This document shows positions 39,686 through 48,876 of a DNA stretch of 64,000 nucleotides, piece by piece. Location of the stretch: positions 42,436-106,435 of the forward strand of contig JAIXWD010000017.1 of assembly GCA_027482225.1 (NCBI GenBank), in the 5' to 3' direction. This DNA is from Bacteroidota bacterium. Lineage in GTDB: Bacteria; Bacteroidota; Bacteroidia; UKL13-3. Each line of letters opens with the position of its first letter. Within the stretch, counting starts at the first letter, position 1. The translations under genes and the position numbers were made by a program. The notes under the pieces were generated by a model. It worked only from the letters and a program-made list of their open reading frames with translations, was not told where the DNA came from and did no database searches.

Positions 39686-40117
39686 ATGAAAATAGCAATT
39701 GGTGGCGACCACGCAGGTTTTACTTACAAACAAGAAATAATAGGCATGTTAACGCAAGCCGGACATGAGGTAAAAGACTTTGGTCCGTTTAGCGATGCTT
39801 CTGTTGATTATCCTGATTTTGCACATCCCTTGGCAACTTCTGTTGAGCAAGGTGAAAACGAATTGGGCATTTTAATTTGTGGTAGCGGCAATGGTGTGGC
39901 TTTAACAGCCAATAAGCACCAAGGTATTCGTGCCGCGTTGTGTTGGCTGGATGAATTGGGGGCACTTGCCCGTCAGCATAACGATGCAAACGTATTGTGC
40001 ATACCTGCTCGCTTTATCTCTTTAGATTTAGCCAAGCAAATAACCAATACATTTATTAGCACTCCGTTTGAAGGTGGTAGACACGGAAACCGTGTAAACA
40101 AAATTTCGTGCGCTTAA
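39686..40117 (+). CDS. rpiB: Ribose-5-phosphate isomerase B
   Basis: GGDHAG, DYPD, ICGSGNG, ARQHNDANVL and FEGGRH. Confidence 0.96.
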   Translation: MKIAIGGDHAGFTYKQEIIGMLTQAGHEVKDFGPFSDASVDYPDFAHPLATSVEQGENELGILICGSGNGVALTANKHQGIRAALCWLDELGALARQHNDANVLCIPARFISLDLAKQITNTFISTPFEGGRHGNRVNKISCA

Positions 40118-40126
40118 TTTCTTAAT

Positions 40127-41035
40127 GTGAGCACCAATATCCCCGACATATTACGAAAACTTTATAGTGGCGATAAACGTGCTTTAGCGCGCTGTATCAC
40201 TTTGGTTGAAAACGAATGGCCTGGATATGAACAATTGTTGCAGCAACTTACCTTTGCTAAAAATACTCCCGTTATTGGTATTACTGGTCCTCCGGGTGCT
40301 GGTAAAAGTACACTTATTGGAGCCTTGGCAGGATACATTACCTCATTAGGGAAAAAGTTAGCCATTATAGCGGTTGACCCTAGTTCACCTTTTAATCGTG
40401 GTGCACTAATGGGCGACAGGCTGCGTATGAGCGATCATTACCTTAACCCCAATATTTTTATACGCAGCATGGCAAGTAGAGGTAGTTTAGGTGGGTTAGC
40501 GCCTAAAATATTTGAGGTGGCAGATATCATCAAAGCATCAGGTTTTGATTACATCATTATTGAAACAGTTGGTGTAGGACAAAGTGAAGTAGAAATTGCT
40601 GCATTGGCTGATACAACAGTTTTAGCATTAGTACCTGAGGCCGGGGATGATATTCAAACCATAAAAAGTGGGGTGATGGAAATTGCCGATGTGTATGTAT
40701 TAAACAAAGCCGACAGAGATGGTGCAAACACTTTTGTAAAAAACCTAAGCATGCTGGCTCATACCAATGCACACGATGGCTGGGAGGCTCCTGTAATTAA
40801 AACTGTAGCTACAAAAAATGAGGGCTTGGTTGAGTTGTTAGATGCTATAGAAAAGCACCACCAACATGAATTTAATAGCCATAAAAAAGCACATTTAATG
40901 ACCGAAAAAGCCTTGATGTTGATACGTAATTTGCGTACTAAAGATATTTCATTTGAAACCATTGAACAAGAATTGCAGCAATTAATGAATGATAAAAACT
41001 TTAACCTCTATCAATATGTTTCTAAATTTACTTAG
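40127..41035 (+). CDS. meaB: Methylmalonyl-CoA mutase-associated GTPase MeaB/ArgK
   Basis: GPPGAGKST, AVDPSSP, GDRLRM, ETVGVGQSE and NKAD. Confidence 0.93.
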   Translation: MSTNIPDILRKLYSGDKRALARCITLVENEWPGYEQLLQQLTFAKNTPVIGITGPPGAGKSTLIGALAGYITSLGKKLAIIAVDPSSPFNRGALMGDRLRMSDHYLNPNIFIRSMASRGSLGGLAPKIFEVADIIKASGFDYIIIETVGVGQSEVEIAALADTTVLALVPEAGDDIQTIKSGVMEIADVYVLNKADRDGANTFVKNLSMLAHTNAHDGWEAPVIKTVATKNEGLVELLDAIEKHHQHEFNSHKKAHLMTEKALMLIRNLRTKDISFETIEQELQQLMNDKNFNLYQYVSKFT

Positions 41036-41050
41036 GAGCTATTATCAAAG

Positions 41051-41626
41051 ATGAATATTTGTATCATATCGGGTTCTGCTAGGGCCAATAATAACACCTT
41101 AAGGGTGGCAAAAGCAATTTCACAAAGGTTAATTGCTATAGGGCATCAGGTTTCGTTAATTGATTTTATAGGTTACGATATTCCACTTATTAATCAAGGT
41201 GAAATAAAGGCAGATAACTTTTCTCCGTTTCAACAAAGTATAGCTGATGGTATGCTGAACGCTAATTCTATAATTGTAATAACACCAGAATACAACTGGA
41301 GCACCACGCCCGAAATTTTAAACTGGTTACATCGTTTTGGAGATAAAAAATTTGCTAACTTATTTAACGATAAAGTTTTTTCTACTGTTGGCGTATCTAC
41401 CGGAAAAGGAGGTAAAGCACCTGCCATACACTTACACAGCATCTTAAATAAAATCATCAGCTTTACGGATTTAAACAGTGTGGTTTCTCCTAAAATTTTT
41501 GAATCACATTATACCAAAGAAGTACTAGACGAGCATGGGGCTTCACTAGGAAATGATATGTTTGATGCTGGTTTAAATGACTTTATTCATTACACTTTGC
41601 GCGTAACGCAAAGGTGGGTGGGATAA
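41051..41626 (+). CDS. NADPH-dependent FMN reductase family protein
   Basis: ISGSAR and TPEYNWS motifs. Confidence 0.88.
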   Translation: MNICIISGSARANNNTLRVAKAISQRLIAIGHQVSLIDFIGYDIPLINQGEIKADNFSPFQQSIADGMLNANSIIVITPEYNWSTTPEILNWLHRFGDKKFANLFNDKVFSTVGVSTGKGGKAPAIHLHSILNKIISFTDLNSVVSPKIFESHYTKEVLDEHGASLGNDMFDAGLNDFIHYTLRVTQRWVG

Positions 41627-41772
41627 GTTACTGCCTCGCTTGTTGGCGACTATAGCGTAAGTTATTATTTCGTAACCCCCGTGCGTATAAGCAAGTATTA
41701 AAACGAAGTTCAGCGGAGCTAAATGAGTTAAGGTACTACTTTAAAACCTACTTTGATTTTCTTAATATTCCC
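41627..41772. repeat. Decayed half-unit and linker of the palindromic array
   Basis: GTTACTGCCTC, GGCGACTATAGCGTAA, GCAAGTATT and ATGAGTTAAGGTACTACTTTAAAACCTACTTTGATTTT are diverged copies of segments in intact units and linkers. Confidence 0.6.
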
Positions 41773-42373
41773 CCTCTCGATACACTTCACTGCGTTTCGT
41801 ACTCGAGGTGGCTGAGATTTTCAATTGATACAATTTAGCCTACTCGAGCCTAGTGGTGACCAAAGCGTCAGCATGAGCTTCGGGCGGGTTGTGTGTATGC
41901 TCTTGTATCGAGAGCATGAGTGAATTGAACAATCCCCTCTCGATAAAATTGCCCCAATGCTCTGGCCAATTGAGCAATCACTCGAGGTGGCTGAGATTTT
42001 CATTTGTAAAGTTACAGCCTCATCGAGTTTGCCTTGGGTAGATTGTGGGTGGAGCAAGTATCGAGATGAGTAAAAGGAACTCCTTTTAAACGTACTTTGA
42101 TTTTTTTAACAATCCGCCTCTCGATACACTTCACTGCGTTTCGTACTCGAGGTGGCTGAGATTTTCATTTGATACAATTTAGCCTACTCGAGTGAGCTTC
42201 GGGTGGGTTGCGCGTATGCGCTTGTATCGAGAGTGGGAATGAATTAAACAATCCGCCTCTCGATACACTTCACTGCGTTTCGTACTCGAGGTGGCTGAGA
42301 CTTTCAATTGATAGGTTATAGCCTCATCGAGTTTGCTTTGCATGGCCTGTGCTGATGAGCAAGTATCGAGATG
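41773..42373. repeat. Left array: four nested-palindrome doublets (41773-41914, 41936-42068, 42117-42233, 42256-42373)
   Basis: Each unit is CCTCTCGATA-variable-ACTCGAGGTGGCT-~23nt-AGCCT(AC/CA)TCGAG-variable-TATCGAGA(G/T). The second half is an imperfect inverted copy of the first. Confidence 0.93.
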
Positions 42374-42376
42374 AAG

Positions 42377-42688
42377 CTACTTTCTACTTTTAACGAATTT
42401 CTTTTTGGATAAAGTTGGTAGTTTGTGAAAATTCTCCTCAATCAAAGCTTGCTTTTTAGCCCTTGACCATTTCTTAATTTTTTGTTCAAAATAATATGCA
42501 GATTCTGGGTCGGTAAATGTTTCATAAAACAATAATTCAATCGGCCTTCTGTTGAAAGTGTAACTACCAGGGTATTTTCCCGATTCATGTTCATTTATTC
42601 TTTTATCGAGATGATTAGTCATTCCAATGTAGAAACTATCATCAGCGCACTTTAAAATGTAAACATAGAATATAGGGTGTATATGCAT
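42377..42688 (-). CDS. Stand-alone small GIY-YIG nuclease (UPF0213/YhbQ-like)
   Basis: FYVYILKC...SFYIGMT..LDKRINEH...YTFNRRP...FEQKIKKWSRAKKQALI, with catalytic Tyr/Arg/Glu positions present. ATG at 42688 preferred because the TTG at 42694 lies inside a -7 promoter motif. Confidence 0.92.
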   Translation of the reverse strand: MHIHPIFYVYILKCADDSFYIGMTNHLDKRINEHESGKYPGSYTFNRRPIELLFYETFTDPESAYYFEQKIKKWSRAKKQALIEENFHKLPTLSKKKFVKSRK

Positions 42689-42691
42689 AGT

Positions 42692-42699
42692 CAAATATA
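42692..42699 (-). promoter_or_regulatory. Bacteroidota -7 promoter element of the GIY-YIG gene
   Basis: Minus-strand TATATTTG matches TAnnTTTG, 3 nt before the ATG. Confidence 0.55.
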
Positions 42700-42739
42700 A
42701 TTCATTTTATAATTCAATACGGTTCATCTTAACAATCTA

Positions 42740-43489
42740 CCTCTCGATACGACCCGATTACTCGGGTCACTCGAGGTGGCTATTTGATAAGTTACAGCCT
42801 CATTGAGCCTGGTGGTGACCATAGCGTCAGTGTTTGCCCCGAGTACTCGGGGTAACGAGATGTGGGATTTAATTTGAGAATCGCCTCTCGATAACCCGAG
42901 TACTCGGGTCCCCAATTCTCAGGCCATTGAGCAATCACTCGAGGTGGCTGTTTCTTCCATTTGTTTAGCTACAGCCTCATCGAGTTTGCCTTGGGTTGTG
43001 GGTAGAGCAAGTATCGAGATGAGTAAAAGGAACTCCTTTTAAACGTACTTTGATTTTTTTAACATTCCGCCTCTCGATACACTTCAATGCGTTTCGTACT
43101 CGAGGTGGCTGAGATTTTCAATTGATACAATTTAGCCTACTCGAGCCTAGTGGTGACCAAAGCGTCAGCATGAGCTTCGGGCGGGTTGTGTGTATGCGCT
43201 TGTATCGAGAGCATGAGTGAATTGAACAATCCCCTCTCGATAATATTGCCCCCATGCTCGGCCCTTTGAGCAATCACTCGAGGTGGCTGAGAGTTCCATT
43301 TGTTAAATTACAGCCTCATTGAGTTTGCTTTGGGTGATTTGTGTGTAGGTGCTTGTATCGAGATGTAGGATTTAATTTGAGAATCACCTCTCGATAACCC
43401 GAGTACTCGGGGCCCCAAATTCAATGGCCCATTGAGCAATCACTCGAGGTGGCTGAGATTTTCGTTTGATACGTTATAACCACATCGAG
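42740..43489. repeat. Right array: five doublets (42740-42862, 42884-43021, 43070-43211, 43233-43365, truncated 43387-43489)
   Basis: Same four conserved boxes and same orientation as the left array; the last unit lacks the closing TATCGAGA box. Confidence 0.93.
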
Positions 43490-43501
43490 CAATCGCTATA
43501 T

Positions 43502-44863
43502 TTACCGTTTAGCCTTCAACTCATCTTCACCCAATTTGTGTTCCCATTTTAATGAACCATTTTTATCAAAGCACTGCATACTTAAAATTCGTTTACCACG
43601 GGTTCCGCTAATACTTATGTTGCAAAAATTATTTTCCATTACCAATGTATTGGCAACACGCATAGGGTTATTAAATTCGAGGCTTTTACTTATATCACTG
43701 GCACGGCTGCTGATGGCGCTGCTTGTTAAATCATGTAACGCATAGCCAAGGCTGGTTTCAACCGTTGTGTTTTTAATCAATTCGGTATGATGCCTATCGC
43801 CTGTTAAAAATATCACGCCACTAATTTTATTTACTACTATAAAATTAATGATGCGTTCGCGTTCTTTCTTATAAAAATTATAACTTTCTTTATCTGTGTT
43901 TTCATTTAAAAACTGGCCACCAATTGCAATAAATTTAAACGGTGCTCGGCTATAAACTAAGTTATTAAATAACCACTGTATTTGCTGTTCGCCAAGTTGT
44001 GTTTTATCTGGGTTTAACGAGTCGTTTAAAAACTGGTAATCCCTAAAATAACGGTCGTCAAGCATAAAAAAATCAGCATCGCTAAAACTAAACATACTAT
44101 AAATGCCTTGGTTATTTTCGCCATACGTTTTATTGGCCCAATAGCTTTTAAAAAGACCCAATGTGGTTTCTTTTAATGGGTATGTTTTACAGGCATCATT
44201 ACTTCCAAAATCATGGTCATCCCAGGTTGCATAATGGATACGCGATGCCAAAAATGGTTGTAAGTTTTTATCTGCACGGGTATGTTGGTACCTGTAATTT
44301 AATCCACTAATACTCCCATAATCCGCTTCACGCGTGTAGGTGTTATCACCCAACCACAACATAAAATCGCTAGGTTTTTCATTCATTTTAAGTAAAATTT
44401 CAGTTCCTTGTCCATAAGGTTTCCCTGGTCTATCATATGCGCTATCATTTACATACAAACAACTGCCCACTAAAAAATTAAAATCAGGTGCGTTGGTTCT
44501 CCACTCCCACAAAGGTTTGGTTTTAAAAGTGAGTGGATATGGGAAATTAGCTACTTTGCCATCCAATAAAATCTGGTAATTATACGTTTTACCCATAGCC
44601 AAATTGCCAATTATAAAATGGTGGTTGGTTATTTGGCAATTGTCAACGGTTTTGGTTAGGGTTGATGCATTTTTAGTATCATCGTTTGCAATCCAATATT
44701 GCAGGCATACTTTTTTAGCACATTGGGTTTGGAGCCAAATGGCCGTTTCTCTATGTTCCATATAACCTGGCATTGGCCCTGCTAAAATGGTTGGCTTTTG
44801 TGCAAAAGATTCTAAAACAAAAAAGGTTAAAACAGTAAGTAAAATTGATTTTAAGATAACCAT
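43502..44863 (-). CDS. phoD: Alkaline phosphatase D family protein
   Basis: Signal peptide, GSC, WLGDNTY, WDDHDF, LDDRYFR and LTGDRHH. Confidence 0.9.
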   Translation of the reverse strand: MVILKSILLTVLTFFVLESFAQKPTILAGPMPGYMEHRETAIWLQTQCAKKVCLQYWIANDDTKNASTLTKTVDNCQITNHHFIIGNLAMGKTYNYQILLDGKVANFPYPLTFKTKPLWEWRTNAPDFNFLVGSCLYVNDSAYDRPGKPYGQGTEILLKMNEKPSDFMLWLGDNTYTREADYGSISGLNYRYQHTRADKNLQPFLASRIHYATWDDHDFGSNDACKTYPLKETTLGLFKSYWANKTYGENNQGIYSMFSFSDADFFMLDDRYFRDYQFLNDSLNPDKTQLGEQQIQWLFNNLVYSRAPFKFIAIGGQFLNENTDKESYNFYKKERERIINFIVVNKISGVIFLTGDRHHTELIKNTTVETSLGYALHDLTSSAISSRASDISKSLEFNNPMRVANTLVMENNFCNISISGTRGKRILSMQCFDKNGSLKWEHKLGEDELKAKR

Positions 44864-45081
44864 ATGGATATGATTTTTATCATTAGTAAAGGTACAAAGG
44901 TTACTAAAGGAAAATGAAGATACCGCCTTGCTTTGTTAGTTAATTGTAAATCAACACAATAAAAAATTTACAGACAAAAAAAACCAAACTTGTAAAAAAC
45001 TTGTTGGTAGTGCTATTAAATCACTTATATTTCACCAAATTTGCATCCCTTTAATTTAATATTAAGGATTAACATCCAACA

Positions 45082-45945
45082 ATGAGACAGTTAAAAATTA
45101 GTAAGCAGTTTACCAACCGTGAGAGTAAATCGCTAGACAAGTACCTGAACGAAATTAGTAAAGTTTCCATGATTGATGCCCAAGAGGAAGTGGAACTTGC
45201 ACGTAGAATACGTGAAGGAGATCAGGTAGCACTAGAACGATTGGTAAATGCAAATCTTCGTTTCGTGGTTTCGGTATCTAAACAATACCAAAATCAAGGT
45301 TTAACCTTAGGCGATTTAATTAACGAAGGAAATTTAGGACTTATTAAAGCTGCCAAACGCTTTGACGAAACCCGCGGTTTCAAATTTATCTCATATGCCG
45401 TTTGGTGGATTCGTCAATCTATTTTACAGGCGTTAGCCGATCAATCACGTATTGTTCGTTTACCGTTAAATAAAGTAGGTTCAATTGGTCGTATTGGTGG
45501 TGTTGCAGCTAAATTGGAGCAAAGATTAGAGCGAGAGCCAACAGTTGAAGAAATTGCCATTGAAATGGACTTACCACTACAAGAAGTGGAAAACGCATTG
45601 CGTTCAACAGGAAGGCACTTATCTATTGATGCACCTTTAACCGAAGGCGAGGATAACACCTTGTTAGGTATTTTAGATAGCAACGATGAGCCAAGACCAG
45701 ATGTGCAATTGATTAACGAGTCGTTGCAAAAAGAAATTAACCGTGTTATTTCTACACTTAGCGAAAAAGAACGCGATGTTTTGAAATATTACTACGGATT
45801 AGATGGTGGCCCAGCGCACACCCTAGAAGACATTAGCGAAAAAATTGGTTTAACGCGTGAGCGTGTTCGTCAAATTAAAGAAAAAGCTTTACGCAGATTA
45901 CGTAAATCTAGTAAGAGTAAAATCTTAAAAGCGTATTTAGGATAA
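45082..45945 (+). CDS. RpoD/SigA-family sigma-70 factor (Bacteroidota short type lacking region 1.1)
   Basis: MRQLKI start, [30 protein letters not shown] and [13 protein letters not shown]. Primary sigma versus paralogue cannot be decided from this window. Confidence 0.92.
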   Translation: MRQLKISKQFTNRESKSLDKYLNEISKVSMIDAQEEVELARRIREGDQVALERLVNANLRFVVSVSKQYQNQGLTLGDLINEGNLGLIKAAKRFDETRGFKFISYAVWWIRQSILQALADQSRIVRLPLNKVGSIGRIGGVAAKLEQRLEREPTVEEIAIEMDLPLQEVENALRSTGRHLSIDAPLTEGEDNTLLGILDSNDEPRPDVQLINESLQKEINRVISTLSEKERDVLKYYYGLDGGPAHTLEDISEKIGLTRERVRQIKEKALRRLRKSSKSKILKAYLG

Positions 45946-45976
45946 ACACTAAACAATTTTTCGTTTATAATTCATT

Positions 45977-46010
45977 AAAAACATCTGCCACAAAACGGCA
46001 GATGTTTTTT
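45977..46010 (+). terminator. Intrinsic terminator after the sigma factor gene
   Basis: AAAAACATCTGCC-7nt-GGCAGATGTTTTTT. Confidence 0.85.
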
Positions 46011-46071
46011 ATTTTTGACAGGTTCAATACCCATAATTGGTATGGGTTTAATTTTTGATTGAAACCAAAAC

Positions 46072-46905
46072 ATGCAAAACAATTTTAGGCCACAAGGCTT
46101 TAGTATATTACCACCTGTTGTTAAAAACCTGATTATTATTAACGGGTTATTATTCCTTATTAGTGTTGTTCTCGAAGATCGATTAGGATACAACTTGAAT
46201 CAAAAATTCGGTTTGTATTATCCCGAGTCTACTTTATTTAGGCCGTTTCAAATTATTACGCATATTTTTATGCATGGCAGTTTTATGCACTTGTTTTTTA
46301 ATATGTTTAGTTTGTGGATGTTTGGTAGCGCATTAGAAAATTATTGGGGTCCGAAACGGTTTTTTGTGTATTATTTTGTAACTGGGTTTGGTGCAGCAGC
46401 GCTTCATTTGGGTATTAATGCTTACGAAATTAACCAGGTAAAAGAAGTAATTAATGCCTACTTGTCAAATCCAAGTTACGAGGCGTTTTATGAAATTCAA
46501 CAATTAGATACACGCCTTTTTGATGTTGATCAATTGCAAGATTTTTTAAGAAACTGGAGTACAGATAAGGCAAACCCTCAATACACACAATATGCTCGCG
46601 AAATTGCAGAAGCGCTTCTGCAGCGCAAGCTTAACGTGCCAACAGTTGGTGCAAGTGGTGCTGTTTATGGTTTGTTACTGGCATTTGGTATGTTGTTTCC
46701 AAATACTTTGTTGTTTATGATTTTTATTCCTGTACCCATTAAAGCCAAATATTTTGTAATGCTTTATGGCTTGCTAGAGTTGTATCAAGGTATTTCAAAT
46801 AATCCGGGTGATAATGTGGCGCATTTTGCCCATTTAGGTGGCATGCTTTTTGGCTTCATCTTAATTAAGTATTGGAATAAAACACGTAGAGATACGTTCT
46901 ATTAA
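46072..46905 (+). CDS. Rhomboid intramembrane serine protease
   Basis: HLFFNM, GASG and AHFAHLGG. Confidence 0.93.
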   Translation: MQNNFRPQGFSILPPVVKNLIIINGLLFLISVVLEDRLGYNLNQKFGLYYPESTLFRPFQIITHIFMHGSFMHLFFNMFSLWMFGSALENYWGPKRFFVYYFVTGFGAAALHLGINAYEINQVKEVINAYLSNPSYEAFYEIQQLDTRLFDVDQLQDFLRNWSTDKANPQYTQYAREIAEALLQRKLNVPTVGASGAVYGLLLAFGMLFPNTLLFMIFIPVPIKAKYFVMLYGLLELYQGISNNPGDNVAHFAHLGGMLFGFILIKYWNKTRRDTFY

Positions 46906-46918
46906 GTAGTCTATTCTT

Positions 46919-47785
46919 ATGAATCTCTTTCAGGAAATAAAACAAAATTACCTACTAAATAATCATGCTGTTAAGCGTATCATAGCTGCAAATGTTGCCG
47001 TTTTTTTAACACTTGCCGTGGTAAATGTGTTTTCGTTTTTATTTAATAGTGGTGTTTCAACACAATCGTTTACCAGTTATTTTACTTTACCCGCCAACCT
47101 ATCTGCCTTTGCCTTTAAACCTTGGAGTATATTTACATACATGTTTTTGCATAGCGGCTTTTTGCACATATTATTTAACATGCTTTGGTTGTATTGGATG
47201 GGTGGTTTGTTACATGAATATTTAGGAAACAAACGTGTTTACCAATCGTATTTTTTAGGAGGTATTTTTGGAGGGGTTGTATACATATTGGCCTATAATG
47301 TTTTTCCTGCTTTTAATGAGGCTAAACAAGCTGCATATGCACTTGGTGCATCAGCAGGGGTTTTAAGTATTGTAATATCAGTCGCAACACTTCTTCCAAA
47401 TTACCAAATTCGGTTGCTTTTTTTTGGTGATGTTAAATTAAAGTGGATTGCAATAATTAGTGTAATACTTGATTTAATTAGTATACCAAACGGAAACGCA
47501 GGTGGGCACATTGCACATATAGGTGGAGCTATATTTGGTTTTTTATTTATTAAGCACCTTTATACCAACACGGTTTTTGATAAATTTTTTGATACAATAG
47601 GTAGCCTTTTTAGTAAAAAATCAAAATTGAAAGTACACTACAAAACAATGCACAAAGGCGATAAAGTAAATGTGCGTGTTACCCAAAAGGATGTGGATTT
47701 GATATTGGATAAAATATCAAAAAGTGGTTACGAAAGCTTGAGTAAGCGAGAAAAAGAAATTTTGTTTAAAGCTAGCAATGATTAG
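46919..47785 (+). CDS. Rhomboid protease with C-terminal VDxILDKISKSGYESL domain
   Basis: HILFNM, GASAG and AHIGG. Confidence 0.92.
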   Translation: MNLFQEIKQNYLLNNHAVKRIIAANVAVFLTLAVVNVFSFLFNSGVSTQSFTSYFTLPANLSAFAFKPWSIFTYMFLHSGFLHILFNMLWLYWMGGLLHEYLGNKRVYQSYFLGGIFGGVVYILAYNVFPAFNEAKQAAYALGASAGVLSIVISVATLLPNYQIRLLFFGDVKLKWIAIISVILDLISIPNGNAGGHIAHIGGAIFGFLFIKHLYTNTVFDKFFDTIGSLFSKKSKLKVHYKTMHKGDKVNVRVTQKDVDLILDKISKSGYESLSKREKEILFKASND

Positions 47786-47787
47786 TT

Positions 47788-48873
47788 ATGTTTATAGTTA
47801 ACCGAATAGTATTTATTTTAAATAGCATAGCAATTTTAGCGCTACTGGCTACCTATGCTGCACCATATATCAGCCCCGATTTGTTATGGCCAGTTGCTTT
47901 TTTAGGCTTAGCTTTTCCAGCGGTGGTTTTACTAAATGTGCTGTTCATTATCTATTGGTTGATCTTCTTTAACATGAAGTTTCTTTTTTCATTAGCAACA
48001 ATCGTAATTGGATGGGGGCATATTACCAAATTTGTGCAGTTAAATGCAAAAAAGCTCGAGCAAAAACAACCTCATTCAATTAATGTAATTACATTTAATG
48101 CAAGGTACTTTGGTTTGTTTGATGGAAAAGGAAAAGAAGATGTAGATATATTTTCGGAGAAACTAGATAAGCTTGCTCCAGATTTATTATGTGTGCAGGA
48201 GCTCAGTAATATTTCGGTTCCAGATTCTAGCATTGCTTATACCGCTTTTAAAAAGAAGTTCGAGAATTATAATAGGGTAAATATTAAACTACAAAAGGGT
48301 AGGTGGCAGTGCGATAATATTGGTATTTTAACCAAGTTTCCTGTTGTAAATAAAGGTGTTGTTGAACATGATCTAAGTAGCGGTAACTACACCATTTTTG
48401 CCGATATAGTTGCTTATGGAGATACCCTACGTATAATAGCAACCCACTTGCAATCTATTAAGTTTGAGCGTAGAGATTATGAGGCCGTTAAAGACATTAA
48501 ATTAGAAAATGACGCAAAGAAAGTAGATGCCTACAAAAGCATTGTTTCTAAAATGAAATATGCTTTTTTAATGCGTGCAAAGCAAACAGATAGCATTGCC
48601 TATTTTATTGAAAAAAGTCCTTATAAGTTGATAGTTTGTGGCGATTTTAACGACTCCCCATTATCCTACGCATACCGCACTATTAAAGGGGAAATGAAAG
48701 ATGCATTTACTGAAGCTGGTAGTGGATTTGGAAGAACCTATGTTGGCGCTATGCCTAGCTTTAGGATTGATTACATTTTTGGTGACAACCGCTTTATCTT
48801 TTATAATTATTATGCTAAGGCTTTTGATTTTAGCGACCATAAAATGGTGAGTTGCAGTATTAAAATAAAATAG
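47788..48873 (+). CDS. Endonuclease/exonuclease/phosphatase family protein
   Basis: Three N-terminal TMs, TFN, CVQE, THLQS, CGDFND, RIDYIF and SDH. Confidence 0.92.
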   Translation: MFIVNRIVFILNSIAILALLATYAAPYISPDLLWPVAFLGLAFPAVVLLNVLFIIYWLIFFNMKFLFSLATIVIGWGHITKFVQLNAKKLEQKQPHSINVITFNARYFGLFDGKGKEDVDIFSEKLDKLAPDLLCVQELSNISVPDSSIAYTAFKKKFENYNRVNIKLQKGRWQCDNIGILTKFPVVNKGVVEHDLSSGNYTIFADIVAYGDTLRIIATHLQSIKFERRDYEAVKDIKLENDAKKVDAYKSIVSKMKYAFLMRAKQTDSIAYFIEKSPYKLIVCGDFNDSPLSYAYRTIKGEMKDAFTEAGSGFGRTYVGAMPSFRIDYIFGDNRFIFYNYYAKAFDFSDHKMVSCSIKIK

Positions 48874-48876
48874 CAT

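Noticed and set aside
41821-42915. Short ORFs 41821-42057 and 42724-42915 in the ORF track
   Set aside because: They are translations of the palindromic repeats with no protein-like features.
41773-43489. CRISPR array interpretation of the repeats
   Set aside because: Units contain four boxes in inverted arrangement, have irregular periods, and reuse the same variable segments. There are no unique constant-length spacers and no cas genes in the window.
41627-43501. Classical IS, MITE or RAYT element
   Set aside because: The only protein is GIY-YIG, with no HUH/Y1 or DDE motif. No element-terminal inverted repeats or target-site duplication were seen.
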